Shown: piece after piece, positions 29,744-39,737 of the stretch
How the letters are laid out: each line of letters starts with the position of its first letter
How positions within the stretch are numbered: the first letter of the stretch is position 1
Origin: Clostridium sp. CAG:557
Lineage (GTDB): Bacteria > Bacillota > Clostridia > Oscillospirales > Acutalibacteraceae
DNA: 64,000 nucleotides
NCBI GenBank assembly: GCA_000435275.1
Contig: FR883868.1
Coordinates: 10,665-74,664 of the forward strand
Direction of reading: 5' to 3'
Position numbers and translations under genes: made by a program
Notes under the pieces: generated by a model
The model's input: the letters and a program-made list of their open reading frames with translations, nothing else
Told to the model about the DNA's origin: nothing
The model's database searches: none

Positions 29744-31786
29744 ATGGCATCGTTATTTGAAAAAGATATTCAATTTTTAAAAGGTGTCGGTAGTAAACGC
29801 AAAGTTTTATTCAAAAAACTTAAAGTGCCTACTATCGGCGCTTTATTGCGTTTTTATCCCAGAACTTACGAAGATTGGTCAAATTTTACTGATATAAAAT
29901 CTGCTCCCGTTGGGACTCCATGCTGCATTAAGGCTGTCGTAACTTCTCCCGTTTATGAAAACTTAATTCGTCGCGGAATGTCACTTTACAAAGTTCGTGT
30001 TTGTGATGGAGAATCATACCTGAATATTACCTTTTTTAACAATCGCTTCGTAAAAAATAAGCTAAAGCTTGGTGAAGAGTTTTTATTTTACGGCGTTGTT
30101 AAGCTAAATTTTAATCACTACGAAATGACTTCACCAAATTTCATGTCCGTTAATGACTGCGTGGCTTTGCGCCCAATTTATTCGCAAACGCAAGGCTTAA
30201 CATCAAAACAAATTGAAACTTCAGTTAAAAACGCTTTGGAACTACTTCCGGATACTGTAAAAGACCCACTTTCTACGGAAATTCGCCAAAAATTCAGCCT
30301 GTGTGACTTGCGGTTTGCCCTAGAAAATATTCATTTTCCTGCAAACAAAAAAAGCTTAGACGTCGCTCGAAAAAGGCTTACTTTTGAGGAATTATTGCTG
30401 CTACAACTTGGGCTTTTTCAAATAAAAGAACATAATCGCAAGCAAAATCGGTTTAAAATTAAACAGAATTTATCCGATGAATTTTGGGGATTATTGCCTT
30501 TCAAGCCTACATCTGCGCAAGTTCGTACCGTAAATGAATGTATTTCAGATATGATGTCAGAAACTTCTATGCACAGGCTCATTCAAGGTGATGTCGGCTC
30601 TGGAAAAACCGCAGTTGCAGCTGCACTTTGCTATTCTGCAATAAAATCTGGCATGCAGGCTGCGATCATGGTTCCTACAGAAATTTTGGCCGAGCAACAT
30701 TTTAACTTTTTTAGCCGCGTTTTAGGCGCTGCCGGCATACGTGTTGAAATTTTAACCGGCTCAACATCTAAGGCTAAAAAAAGGCGCATAAAAGACTATC
30801 TTGAAGTCAACGCAATAGACCTTATCATCGGGACTCACGCACTTTTGTCTGATGATGTGTATTTCTCTAATTTAGGACTTATAATCACCGACGAACAACA
30901 TCGTTTTGGAGTATCTCAGCGTGCAAAATTGGTCTCAAAAGGCCAAGAGCCACATATTGTCGTTATGTCTGCTACCCCAATCCCGCGCACTCTTGCAATG
31001 ATAATTTATGGCGATTTGGATATTTCTATTATTGATGAAATGCCTCCTGGCCGGCAAAAAATTGATACTTTTTTTGTTTCTGGAGAAAAGCGTTTACGAG
31101 CATATAATTTTATCAAAAATTTGATTGATGAAGGTCGACAGGCTTACATTGTTTGTCCGCTGATTGATGAAAATGATTCTAATTTATTATCAGCTCAAGT
31201 GTATGCGCAAAAACTTCAAAATGAATTTTTTAAAAATTATAAAATTGGCTTGCTGCATGGAAAAATGAGTGCTCGCGAAAAAAATTATATAATGAACTCT
31301 TTCGCTGCACATGAGATTGACATTTTGGTTTCCACAACGGTCATCGAGGTCGGCGTGGATGTCCCAAATTCCGTTGTCATGCTGATTGAAAATGCTGAGC
31401 GGTTCGGTTTATCACAGCTTCATCAACTTCGCGGGCGAGTTGGGCGTGGAAAACATAAATCTTACTGTATTTTAATTTCTGACAACAAAAACGAAGAAAC
31501 TTTACATAGATTACATACAATTTGCCGAACAAATGACGGTCTAAAAATTGCCGATGAAGACCTCAAAACTCGCGGACCTGGTGATTTTATCGGTTCCAGA
31601 CAGCATGGCTTGCCAGATTTGCATATTTCTGGTTTAATTAAAGACATAGGAATATTAAATGACTCCAAACACGCTGCCCTAGATATTTTAAATGAAGACC
31701 CTCATTTAAGGCTTGAAAAAAATCGTACCTTAAAAGCAGAAATAACTCAGTTATTTAGCAAAGTTGAATGTGGATTTTCTTTTTAA
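29744..31786 (+). CDS. recG: ATP-dependent DNA helicase RecG
   Basis: N-terminal wedge domain. Helicase motifs GDVGSGKT, DEQH, SAT and QLRGRVGRG. Confidence 0.93.
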   Translation: MASLFEKDIQFLKGVGSKRKVLFKKLKVPTIGALLRFYPRTYEDWSNFTDIKSAPVGTPCCIKAVVTSPVYENLIRRGMSLYKVRVCDGESYLNITFFNNRFVKNKLKLGEEFLFYGVVKLNFNHYEMTSPNFMSVNDCVALRPIYSQTQGLTSKQIETSVKNALELLPDTVKDPLSTEIRQKFSLCDLRFALENIHFPANKKSLDVARKRLTFEELLLLQLGLFQIKEHNRKQNRFKIKQNLSDEFWGLLPFKPTSAQVRTVNECISDMMSETSMHRLIQGDVGSGKTAVAAALCYSAIKSGMQAAIMVPTEILAEQHFNFFSRVLGAAGIRVEILTGSTSKAKKRRIKDYLEVNAIDLIIGTHALLSDDVYFSNLGLIITDEQHRFGVSQRAKLVSKGQEPHIVVMSATPIPRTLAMIIYGDLDISIIDEMPPGRQKIDTFFVSGEKRLRAYNFIKNLIDEGRQAYIVCPLIDENDSNLLSAQVYAQKLQNEFFKNYKIGLLHGKMSAREKNYIMNSFAAHEIDILVSTTVIEVGVDVPNSVVMLIENAERFGLSQLHQLRGRVGRGKHKSYCILISDNKNEETLHRLHTICRTNDGLKIADEDLKTRGPGDFIGSRQHGLPDLHISGLIKDIGILNDSKHAALDILNEDPHLRLEKNRTLKAEITQLFSKVECGFSF

Positions 31787-31881
31787 AACAAAAAACGAGC
31801 GCAGCGGAATGCCTATGCTACATGTTAGGGCAGATACGCTCGCCGCCACTGTAAAAATTTAAAAAATAGGAGTGAAAAAAG

Positions 31882-32733
31882 TTGACAAACATAATAAACG
31901 GTAAAGAAATTTCAGATAAATTTCTCAAAAAGCTAAAAAAAGAAGTCTGCAATTTAAAAACCGAACTAAATTTACAGCCTGCCTTAGCTGTGATAATTGT
32001 CGGTGATGATCCGGCTTCAAAAATTTATGTCAGAAACAAAAAGCGTGCATGTGAAGAAATCGGCATAAAATCTATTGAATTTGCTTTGCCAACTAATACT
32101 TCCGAAAACGAACTCTTAAATTTGATCGATGCGCTAAATAAGCGCCCTGATGTAAACGGAATTCTTGTACAGATGCCGCTACCACCTCATATAAATGAAA
32201 AGATCATCATTGCGCACATTAATCCTATAAAAGATGTTGACGCTTTTCACGAAACAAATGTTGGAAAAATTATGATTGGCAACTTTAAATTCTTGCCATG
32301 CACTCCTGCCGGTATTATTCATCTTCTTGACGAATCTAACATTGAAATTTCTAGCAAACATTGTGTTATAATCGGAAGAAGCAATATTGTAGGCAAACCT
32401 CTTGCTATGCTCATGTTACATCGAGACGCCACTGTTACAATCTGTCATAGCAAAACAAAAAATCTAACTGAAATTTGCAAAACTGCGGACATTCTGATTG
32501 CCGCTGTGGGAAAGGTAAACTTTGTTACCAGTAACATGGTAAAGCCTGGTGCTGTGGTTGTCGACGTAGGGATAAATCGTTGTGAAAACGGGAAAATATG
32601 CGGCGATGTCGATTTTGAACACGTAAAAAATATCGCATCATATATAACTCCTGTACCTGGTGGTGTTGGCCCTATGACGATTTCTATGCTCATGAAAAAT
32701 ACTATTACCGCTGCATTAATGCAAAAAAAATAA
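31882..32733 (+). CDS. folD: bifunctional methylenetetrahydrofolate dehydrogenase/cyclohydrolase
   Basis: FolD motifs (VGDDPAS..YVRNK, GRSNIVGKP, PVPGGVGPMT). TTG start after AGGAGTG. Confidence 0.93.
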   Translation: MTNIINGKEISDKFLKKLKKEVCNLKTELNLQPALAVIIVGDDPASKIYVRNKKRACEEIGIKSIEFALPTNTSENELLNLIDALNKRPDVNGILVQMPLPPHINEKIIIAHINPIKDVDAFHETNVGKIMIGNFKFLPCTPAGIIHLLDESNIEISSKHCVIIGRSNIVGKPLAMLMLHRDATVTICHSKTKNLTEICKTADILIAAVGKVNFVTSNMVKPGAVVVDVGINRCENGKICGDVDFEHVKNIASYITPVPGGVGPMTISMLMKNTITAALMQKK

Positions 32734-32767
32734 ACTTTTATCTTTTTTCTGCAAAGGAGGAATTTAT

Positions 32768-34741
32768 ATGGATATTTCTCAAAATGACCTCGGTCGATTA
32801 AAATTATTGTCCGAAAAATACCGCAACATACAGTCTGCGGCAACGGAACTTATAAATCTTCGGGCAATAACTAATTTACCTAAAGGCACTGAACATTTTA
32901 TTTCAGACCTACACGGTGAATTTGAAACTTTTTACCACATCAGCAATAACGCTTCCGGTGCTATTCGTGAAAAAATTGATTACTTATTTGCATCAGATCT
33001 CAACAACAAAGAACGCGCTAAACTTTCTACACTTATATACTATCCGGTAGAAAAATTAAATGAGTTAGCTATAATGGAACTTAATACCAAAGAATGGTAC
33101 ATTATTACTATCAACAGACTTATTAAAGTTTGTCGATTTGTCGCCTCAAAATACACCAAAAGTAAAGTTCGAAAAGCCCTCCCAGTTGATTTTGTCTATA
33201 TAATTGAAGAGCTTTTGTACAACAGCTACGAGGACCGCAACAAGGAATATTATTATGTAAATATTATCAATACAATTATCGAAATCGGTCGTGCTGATGC
33301 GGTTATCGCGGCTATTTGTAATACGATAAAAAAATTGGTTGTTGACCATTTGCACATAGTTGGAGATATTTTTGACCGCGGTCCTCGTGCAGATATAGTT
33401 CTAGATTCCATTTTAAAACATCACTCGGTCGATATTCAATGGGGAAATCACGATATTATTTGGATGGGGGCTGCTTGTGGAAATCCAACTTGTATCGCTG
33501 TCGCATTGTGTAATTCTATTAATTACAATAATCTGGAATTTCTCGAGGAAGGTTACGGTATTAATTTGCGTCCGTTAGCTGTTTTTGCCTCTAAAGTCTA
33601 TAAAAATTCTGATATTTCTTGCTTCAAAACTAAAAATATAAACTCTGCCGGAAATTTCAGCTTTAACGATTCTGCGTTAATTGCAAAAATGTTTAAGGCT
33701 ATCTCGATTATTCGTTTTAAGCTCGAGGGGCAAACTATTAAACGCAACCCTCAATTTAGCATGGACGACCGCTTGCTTTTAGATAAAATTAATTACGAAA
33801 ATAAAACTGTGCGTATTGGCGAAAATGATTATTTATTGAAAGACACCGATTTTCCTACTGTGAATAAAAATAATCCATATAGGCTGACTACTCAGGAAAA
33901 CGAGCTGGTAGTTCAATTAAGGTCGGCATTTTTGCACAGCGAAAAACTTCAGCGACATATAAAATTTTTATACACTCACGGAAATATTTACAAGTGCTTT
34001 AACTCGAATCTGCTTTTGCACGGCTGTATTCCTTTAAATGAGGACGGCTCTTTAATGACTTTCGACTTTGATGGAAGAGAATTATCCGGCAAAAATTTTC
34101 TCGACTACGCTGAACAAATCGTTAGAGATGCTTATTTTAATAGAAATTTAAGTGAAAATCAAAAAAATTCTGACTTTTTGTGGTTTTTGTGGTGTGGAAA
34201 ATTTTCTCCACTATTCGGTAAAGACAAAATGGCTACTTTTGAACGCCTTTTAGTAAAAGATAAAAGCACTCACTACGAAACTAAAAATGCTTACTACAAG
34301 TACACTTATGACGAAAATATTTGCTCGAAACTTCTGAATCTGTTTGAACTTAATGGAAATTATTCTCATATTATAAATGGACATATCCCTGTAAAATCAA
34401 AAGACGGTGAGCATCCTGTTCGTGCAAACGGAAAATTAATTATAATCGACGGCGGATTCTGTAAGGCTTATCAAAAAACTACCGGAACGGCCGGGTATAC
34501 TCTTATTTACAACTCGTACGGCTTGCGACTTTGCGCTCACGAACCTTTTGAGGGAATTTTTGAAGCTATAAATAATAATACCGATATTTTTTCAACTTAT
34601 GTGGTTTCCGAAAAGGTCAATCAAAGAATTACCGTTGGACAAACTGATAAAGGTGCCGAAATTTTTTCTACTATTCTCGATTTAAAAAAGTTAATATACG
34701 CCTATCAGACCGGCATCCTTAAAGAAATTTACAACGACTAA
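32768..34741 (+). CDS. fbp: fructose-1,6-bisphosphatase class 3
   Basis: Firmicutes FBPase III family (~650 aa; ISDLHGEFE; VGDIFDRGP; metallophosphatase motifs). Confidence 0.9.
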   Translation: MDISQNDLGRLKLLSEKYRNIQSAATELINLRAITNLPKGTEHFISDLHGEFETFYHISNNASGAIREKIDYLFASDLNNKERAKLSTLIYYPVEKLNELAIMELNTKEWYIITINRLIKVCRFVASKYTKSKVRKALPVDFVYIIEELLYNSYEDRNKEYYYVNIINTIIEIGRADAVIAAICNTIKKLVVDHLHIVGDIFDRGPRADIVLDSILKHHSVDIQWGNHDIIWMGAACGNPTCIAVALCNSINYNNLEFLEEGYGINLRPLAVFASKVYKNSDISCFKTKNINSAGNFSFNDSALIAKMFKAISIIRFKLEGQTIKRNPQFSMDDRLLLDKINYENKTVRIGENDYLLKDTDFPTVNKNNPYRLTTQENELVVQLRSAFLHSEKLQRHIKFLYTHGNIYKCFNSNLLLHGCIPLNEDGSLMTFDFDGRELSGKNFLDYAEQIVRDAYFNRNLSENQKNSDFLWFLWCGKFSPLFGKDKMATFERLLVKDKSTHYETKNAYYKYTYDENICSKLLNLFELNGNYSHIINGHIPVKSKDGEHPVRANGKLIIIDGGFCKAYQKTTGTAGYTLIYNSYGLRLCAHEPFEGIFEAINNNTDIFSTYVVSEKVNQRITVGQTDKGAEIFSTILDLKKLIYAYQTGILKEIYND

Positions 34742-34767
34742 TTTTTTATTTTTATTATTGCAAATTT

Positions 34768-34796
34768 CGCCATTTAATGTTATAATTTATAGTACG
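34768..34796 (+). promoter_or_regulatory. sigma-A promoter (TTGCAA-17-TATAAT) upstream of the cyuA-like gene
   Basis: Hexamers read from the sequence. Confidence 0.45.
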
Positions 34797-34873
34797 GTTA
34801 TATATTTTTAAAATTCTTAGACTTTCATTTCAATAATGGCTCAATCTAAATTAATTTTTGAAAGGGCGTTAGT

Positions 34874-36181
34874 ATGATTAAAAATGCTTTAAAGGAGAAT
34901 TTTACTAAAGAAAAGGCTGATATTTATTACTCTTATCTACGAATTTTAGAAGATGAACTTATTCCTGCTATGGGTTGCACTGAACCGATTTCTCTTGCTT
35001 ACGCTGCGGCAAAAGCTCGTTGTATTCTCGGCGATTTGCCAGATAAAATCGACGTTGTTGTCAGCGGAAATATCATTAAAAATGTTAAAAGCGTTGTTGT
35101 TCCTAATACTAATGGCTTAAAAGGTATTAAAGCTGCTGTCGCCGCTGGAGTTATTTCTGGGCGCGAAGACAAAGTTCTTGAGGTTCTTTCGGAACTCTCT
35201 GCTGAACAAAAAAATCAGATTATTAATTACCTTCAGAACACCATCATTACTGTTTCTCCTGCTAGCAGCGATTTAAATTTTGATATTGTTTTAACTCTTT
35301 TCAAAGGCAGTTCTTATTCTAAATTAAGAATTATTGATGATCATACAAATGTTGTTTTAATTGAAAAAAATGGAGAAATTTTATATACCCCTGAAAAAAC
35401 TAATTCTCATGTTGTACATAATAATGATAAATTATTGCTTAACATTGAAGATATTTTTAAATTTGCTAATCTTGTTGAAATCTCCGATGTTAAGGAGCTT
35501 ATTTCTAAACAAATTCAGTACAACATGGCTATCGCTGAAGAAGGCCTAAAAGGTAATTATGGTGCTAGCGTCGGTAAAACTTTACTGTCTATGTATGGAA
35601 ATGATATAAAAAACCGTGCAAAAGCTAAAGCTGCTGCTGGTTCTGATGCTCGAATGAATGGTTGTGAATTACCTGTTATTATTGTTTCTGGTAGTGGCAA
35701 TCAAGGTTTGACTGTAAGCGTTCCTGTTATCGAGTATGCAAAAGAATACAATATCGATAGCGATACTTTATACCGTGCTCTTGTTTTATCAAATTTAATA
35801 GCTATATATCTCAAAAATGGCATCGGTAGTCTTTCTGCTTTTTGTGGTGCTGTCTGCGCCGGTTGTGCAAGTGGTGCCGCTATTGCTTATTTACTCGGCG
35901 GAAACTTGGATGCTGTTTCTACTACCGTTTCTAATGCACTTGCAATTACTTCTGGCATTGTTTGTGACGGTGCAAAGTCTTCTTGTGCCGCAAAAATAGT
36001 AAATTCTGTCGAAGCTGGAATTTTGGGATACCATATGTACTTAAATGAACGTAAATTTTTGCCTGGAGATGGTATTTTAGGGAATGATATTGAAAGTACA
36101 GTAAAAAATATCTGGCGGTTAGGAAAACACGGTATGAAACAAACAGATGTTGAGATTTTAAATATTATGACCGATAATTAA
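34874..36181 (+). CDS. UPF0597/YhaM-family protein (L-cysteine desulfidase CyuA-like, serine dehydratase-like fold)
   Basis: 435 aa with MGCTEP motif and Gly/Ala-rich segments typical of the YhaM/CyuA family. Confidence 0.65.
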   Translation: MIKNALKENFTKEKADIYYSYLRILEDELIPAMGCTEPISLAYAAAKARCILGDLPDKIDVVVSGNIIKNVKSVVVPNTNGLKGIKAAVAAGVISGREDKVLEVLSELSAEQKNQIINYLQNTIITVSPASSDLNFDIVLTLFKGSSYSKLRIIDDHTNVVLIEKNGEILYTPEKTNSHVVHNNDKLLLNIEDIFKFANLVEISDVKELISKQIQYNMAIAEEGLKGNYGASVGKTLLSMYGNDIKNRAKAKAAAGSDARMNGCELPVIIVSGSGNQGLTVSVPVIEYAKEYNIDSDTLYRALVLSNLIAIYLKNGIGSLSAFCGAVCAGCASGAAIAYLLGGNLDAVSTTVSNALAITSGIVCDGAKSSCAAKIVNSVEAGILGYHMYLNERKFLPGDGILGNDIESTVKNIWRLGKHGMKQTDVEILNIMTDN

Positions 36182-36205
36182 AATTTATTTAAGGAGTCCC
36201 ATAAA

Positions 36206-36700
36206 TTGAAAAAATTTATATCTCTCTTAGTTTGTTCAACTTTATTCTCTTGCGTAGAGCCTAATCTTTATTGCAGTGCTGAAGATAAAGTCATCAATAA
36301 AAAAATATTGAAAGTCCACATCTCGCCCAAAAAAGCTGCAAGTATAAAGTTAAATATTAACGAAGATGAATTCTTAAAAAATAAACTTTTAGAATTGTCT
36401 AAAAACAAAAATTTTACAGATCAAGTAATAAAAAATTATACAAACGCTCATGAAGCTCCAATTTGGCTAAAAATTGTAAAAATTTTATGCTTGCCATTTA
36501 ATGCTTGCTGGTTTTTGGTCAAAAAAACTTGTGACTATGTTATAGGAAAAAAAGCAACAAAATTTATTGAAAATACATTGATTCCTACTGCATTCGCTGC
36601 TACAACCGGTTTAGCAATTTATAATAAAATACCTTCAGTGCACAAATTTATTGACTATATTATCTCTTTTATTAAAACTTCTTCAAATGAAACCGAATAA
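36206..36700 (+). CDS. hypothetical small secreted/lipoprotein
   Basis: Signal peptide MKKFISLLVCSTLFSC and no recognisable domain. Its 3' end overlaps the queH start by 14 nt. Confidence 0.45.
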   Translation: MKKFISLLVCSTLFSCVEPNLYCSAEDKVINKKILKVHISPKKAASIKLNINEDEFLKNKLLELSKNKNFTDQVIKNYTNAHEAPIWLKIVKILCLPFNACWFLVKKTCDYVIGKKATKFIENTLIPTAFAATTGLAIYNKIPSVHKFIDYIISFIKTSSNETE

Positions 36701-37304
36701 TTATCAAAAAATACTTGATGACGTATTAACTAAAGTAAAAACCAGCAAAAGTAAACCAACTTTGCTTTTGCACTGTTGCTGTGCTCCATGTAGCAGTTAC
36801 GTCTTTGAATATCTGGTTCCCTATTTTAATATTACAGCTTTATTTTATAATCCTAATATTTCCCCTAAAACAGAATACGATTTTCGATTAAATGAACTTA
36901 AGCGGCTTATTTTTGATATGAATTTTTCTCAAAAAATCAATTTAATTGAAGAACTTTATGAACCTCAAAAATTTAAGGAAATTTCTCTTGGATTGGAAAA
37001 CTGTCCAGAGGGCTCTTTAAGGTGCTTTAAATGCTATTATTTAAGGTTACAAAAAACGGCCTTTATTGCAAAAAAATTAAATTTCGACTACTTTACAACT
37101 ACTCTTACAATTAGTCCTTACAAAAATGCCAATAGGCTTAATGAAATAGGTGCAATGCTAGCTTCGGAGTATGGCACTAAATATTTATTTTCTGACTTTA
37201 AAAAGAAAGATGGTTACAAACACTCTATTGAATTATCAAAAAAATATAATCTTTATAGACAAAATTATTGTGGTTGCAAATTTTCTAAAAAAGCTTCTGT
37301 TTAA
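36687..37304 (+). CDS. queH: epoxyqueuosine reductase QueH (DUF208)
   Basis: HCCCAPC motif plus downstream cysteines (CFKCY, CGC). ATG 36687 (MKPNNYQ) is a better start than the ORF-track 36651. Confidence 0.85.
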   Translation: MKPNNYQKILDDVLTKVKTSKSKPTLLLHCCCAPCSSYVFEYLVPYFNITALFYNPNISPKTEYDFRLNELKRLIFDMNFSQKINLIEELYEPQKFKEISLGLENCPEGSLRCFKCYYLRLQKTAFIAKKLNFDYFTTTLTISPYKNANRLNEIGAMLASEYGTKYLFSDFKKKDGYKHSIELSKKYNLYRQNYCGCKFSKKASV

Positions 37305-37307
37305 ATT

Positions 37308-37344
37308 AAATAGACTTACCTTTTTTGCGTAAGTCTATTTTTTA
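37308..37344 (+). terminator. rho-independent terminator after queH
   Basis: 9-bp stem TAGACTTAC/GTAAGTCTA followed by TTTTTTA. Confidence 0.7.
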
Positions 37345-37400
37345 TTTAGAATAATCACTCCTTCATTGTGTAAAAATAAGCCTAGAAAGGATGTGTTTTT

Positions 37401-37847
37401 GTGAAACCAACAGAAAATGAATATTCTAAAATGTCTGACGATGCTTCCCCAGCTTCTCCAATGATAAAAAATATCTTTTGGGCTTTTATTTCCGGAGGAA
37501 TCATTTGTACAATCGGACAATTTTTAATAAGTTTTTATCAAAATTACTGCGGTTTAAATTTAAAAGATTCTCGTGCTGCTGTATCTGTAACTTTAGTCGG
37601 AGCCGGAGCTTTGCTCACTGCTCTGCGTGTGTACGATAACATTGCAAAACACGCTGGCGCCGGAACACTTGTTCCCATAACAGGTTTTGCAAATTCTATC
37701 GTCGCACCTGCTATTGAGTTTAAAAGTGAAGGTCAAATCATGGGAATCGGTGCTAAAATGTTCATCATTGCTGGACCGGTTTTGGTCTTTGGTGTAACCG
37801 CCTCAACTATCTATGGCCTAATTCTATGGATTTTTAAATTATTTTAA
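37401..37847 (+). CDS. spoVAC: stage V sporulation protein AC-like (SpoVAC/SpoVAEB family) membrane protein
   Basis: ~150 aa with four transmembrane segments and the conserved VPITGFANSIVAPAIEFKSEG region of SpoVAC. It is solitary here (no spoVAD/spoVAEb adjacent). Confidence 0.75.
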   Translation: MKPTENEYSKMSDDASPASPMIKNIFWAFISGGIICTIGQFLISFYQNYCGLNLKDSRAAVSVTLVGAGALLTALRVYDNIAKHAGAGTLVPITGFANSIVAPAIEFKSEGQIMGIGAKMFIIAGPVLVFGVTASTIYGLILWIFKLF

Positions 37848-37861
37848 TCTAGCATAAAAAG

Positions 37862-37893
37862 ACACCGCGCGATATAGTGCGGTGTTTATTTTT
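37862..37893. terminator. bidirectional rho-independent terminator (spoVAC on +, PEPCK on -)
   Basis: Stem ACACCGC/GCGGTGT with loop GCGATATAGT, followed by TTATTTTT. It overlaps the pck stop codon. Confidence 0.7.
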
Positions 37894-39664
37894 ACCATTC
37901 TTCAGATAAATTTTCTTCAAGTTTACATAATTCTTTAACTAACTTTTTAGGCAAGTCATTTCCAAACTTTTTATAAAACTCTTTTATCTCCGAAACTTCG
38001 TTTTTCCATAAATCAATGACAACCTCAAGCAACTTTTCAAGGCTTTCTTTATCAATGTTCAAGCCTTTTAAACTTATGTCATCAACGTTTGGAACGTATC
38101 CAATCGGAGTTTCTTTCGCAGAAATTTTTTCATCACATCGAGCCAGAATCCACTCGATTACGCGAAAATTTTCTCCAAAACCAGGCCACACAAAGTTTTT
38201 ATTTTCATCTGTTCTAAACCAATTAACACTAAAAATTTGAGGAGCTTTATCACCCAATTTTTCGCCAATGTCTAACCAATGTTCAAAGTATTCTCCTATA
38301 TTATATCCACAGAATGGAAGCATTGCCATTGGGTCGTGCCGTATAACACCAACAGCTCCAGTTGCCGCGGCAGTAGTTTCAGAAGACATTATGGAACCGA
38401 TAAAAACTCCATTATTCCAGTTTTTTGCTTGATAAACAAGTGGTATCGTTTGTGCACGTCTGCCACCAAAAATTATCGCTGAAATTGGTACACCATTTAG
38501 CTCATCAAAATGCGAACTTATACACGGACAATTTTTAGCAGGAGACGTAAATCTGCTATTAGGATGTGCACCTTTCTCAGATGAAACTCTTCCATTCCAA
38601 CGCTCCCCTTTCCAATTAATCGCGTTTTCTGGTGAATTTTCATCTAACCCCTCCCACCAAACCGTATTATCATCCAAATTATGCACTACATTTGTAAAAA
38701 TCGTAGCAGTCTTTGTGGTCTGCAATGCATTCGGGTTTGACTTTTCATTTGTACCTGGTGCTACTCCAAAAAATCCATTTTCAGGATTAATCGCCCACAA
38801 TCTTCCATCTTTTCCGATATGCAGCCAAGCGATATCATCACCTAAGCAGTATACTTTATAGCCTTTTTTTCGATAAAACTCTGGTGGTATCAACATCGCT
38901 AAATTTGTTTTTCCACAAGCTGATGGAAATGCTGCTGCAATGTATTTCATTTCACCCGCCGGATTTTTTACACCTAAAATCAACATATGTTCTGCAAGCC
39001 AACCTTCTTTTTGTCCCAAATATGATGCTATTCTTAATGCAAAACATTTTTTCCCTAAAAGCACATTTCCTCCATAAGCTGAATTAACCGAAATAATAGT
39101 GTTATCCTGCGGGAAATGGCAAATATATCGTTTTTCTTCACTCAAAGTACATTTAGCATGAAGGCCTCTTATCCAGTCTTCACTTTGCCCCAGCGCGTGC
39201 CAAACTTTTTCACCCACCCGCGTCATAATTGCCATATTTAAAACAACATATATTGAATCGGTTACCTCGATGCCAATTTTAGAAAATGGCGAGCCAATCG
39301 GTCCCATAGAATAAGGAATAACATACATGGTTTTTCCAGTATAACTGTTTCTTGCTATGTCATAAAGCAACTCATACATCTCTTCGGGATTTTTCCAGTT
39401 GTTTGTTGGTCCTGCTTCTTCTTTTGTTGGCGTGCAAATATACGTTTTGTCTTCTACTCTTGCTACATCATTTACAGCCGTTCTATGCAAATAGCAACCC
39501 GGTAATTTTTCTTCATTTAATTTTATCATTTCACCAGTTTCACAAGCTAACTTTCTCAAATTTTCCAATTGTGATTCCGTTCCATTAATAAACATTATTT
39601 CAGAAGGGTTTAAAAGATTTTTCATTTCGTCTAGCCACTTTAACACACTTTTATTCTCAGTCAT
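37892..39664 (-). CDS. pckG: phosphoenolpyruvate carboxykinase (GTP-dependent type)
   Basis: 590 aa. GTP-PEPCK family motifs (kinase-1a SACGKTN; FPSACGKTNLAML; CHFPQDN) rather than the ATP-type PckA. Confidence 0.88.
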   Translation of the reverse strand: MTENKSVLKWLDEMKNLLNPSEIMFINGTESQLENLRKLACETGEMIKLNEEKLPGCYLHRTAVNDVARVEDKTYICTPTKEEAGPTNNWKNPEEMYELLYDIARNSYTGKTMYVIPYSMGPIGSPFSKIGIEVTDSIYVVLNMAIMTRVGEKVWHALGQSEDWIRGLHAKCTLSEEKRYICHFPQDNTIISVNSAYGGNVLLGKKCFALRIASYLGQKEGWLAEHMLILGVKNPAGEMKYIAAAFPSACGKTNLAMLIPPEFYRKKGYKVYCLGDDIAWLHIGKDGRLWAINPENGFFGVAPGTNEKSNPNALQTTKTATIFTNVVHNLDDNTVWWEGLDENSPENAINWKGERWNGRVSSEKGAHPNSRFTSPAKNCPCISSHFDELNGVPISAIIFGGRRAQTIPLVYQAKNWNNGVFIGSIMSSETTAAATGAVGVIRHDPMAMLPFCGYNIGEYFEHWLDIGEKLGDKAPQIFSVNWFRTDENKNFVWPGFGENFRVIEWILARCDEKISAKETPIGYVPNVDDISLKGLNIDKESLEKLLEVVIDLWKNEVSEIKEFYKKFGNDLPKKLVKELCKLEENLSEEW

Positions 39665-39737
39665 AGATATGTAGTCATCTCCTCAGCAACATCTTTAAAA
39701 ATACCATTTATGCTAAATCGTATTAAAATATAAAATT

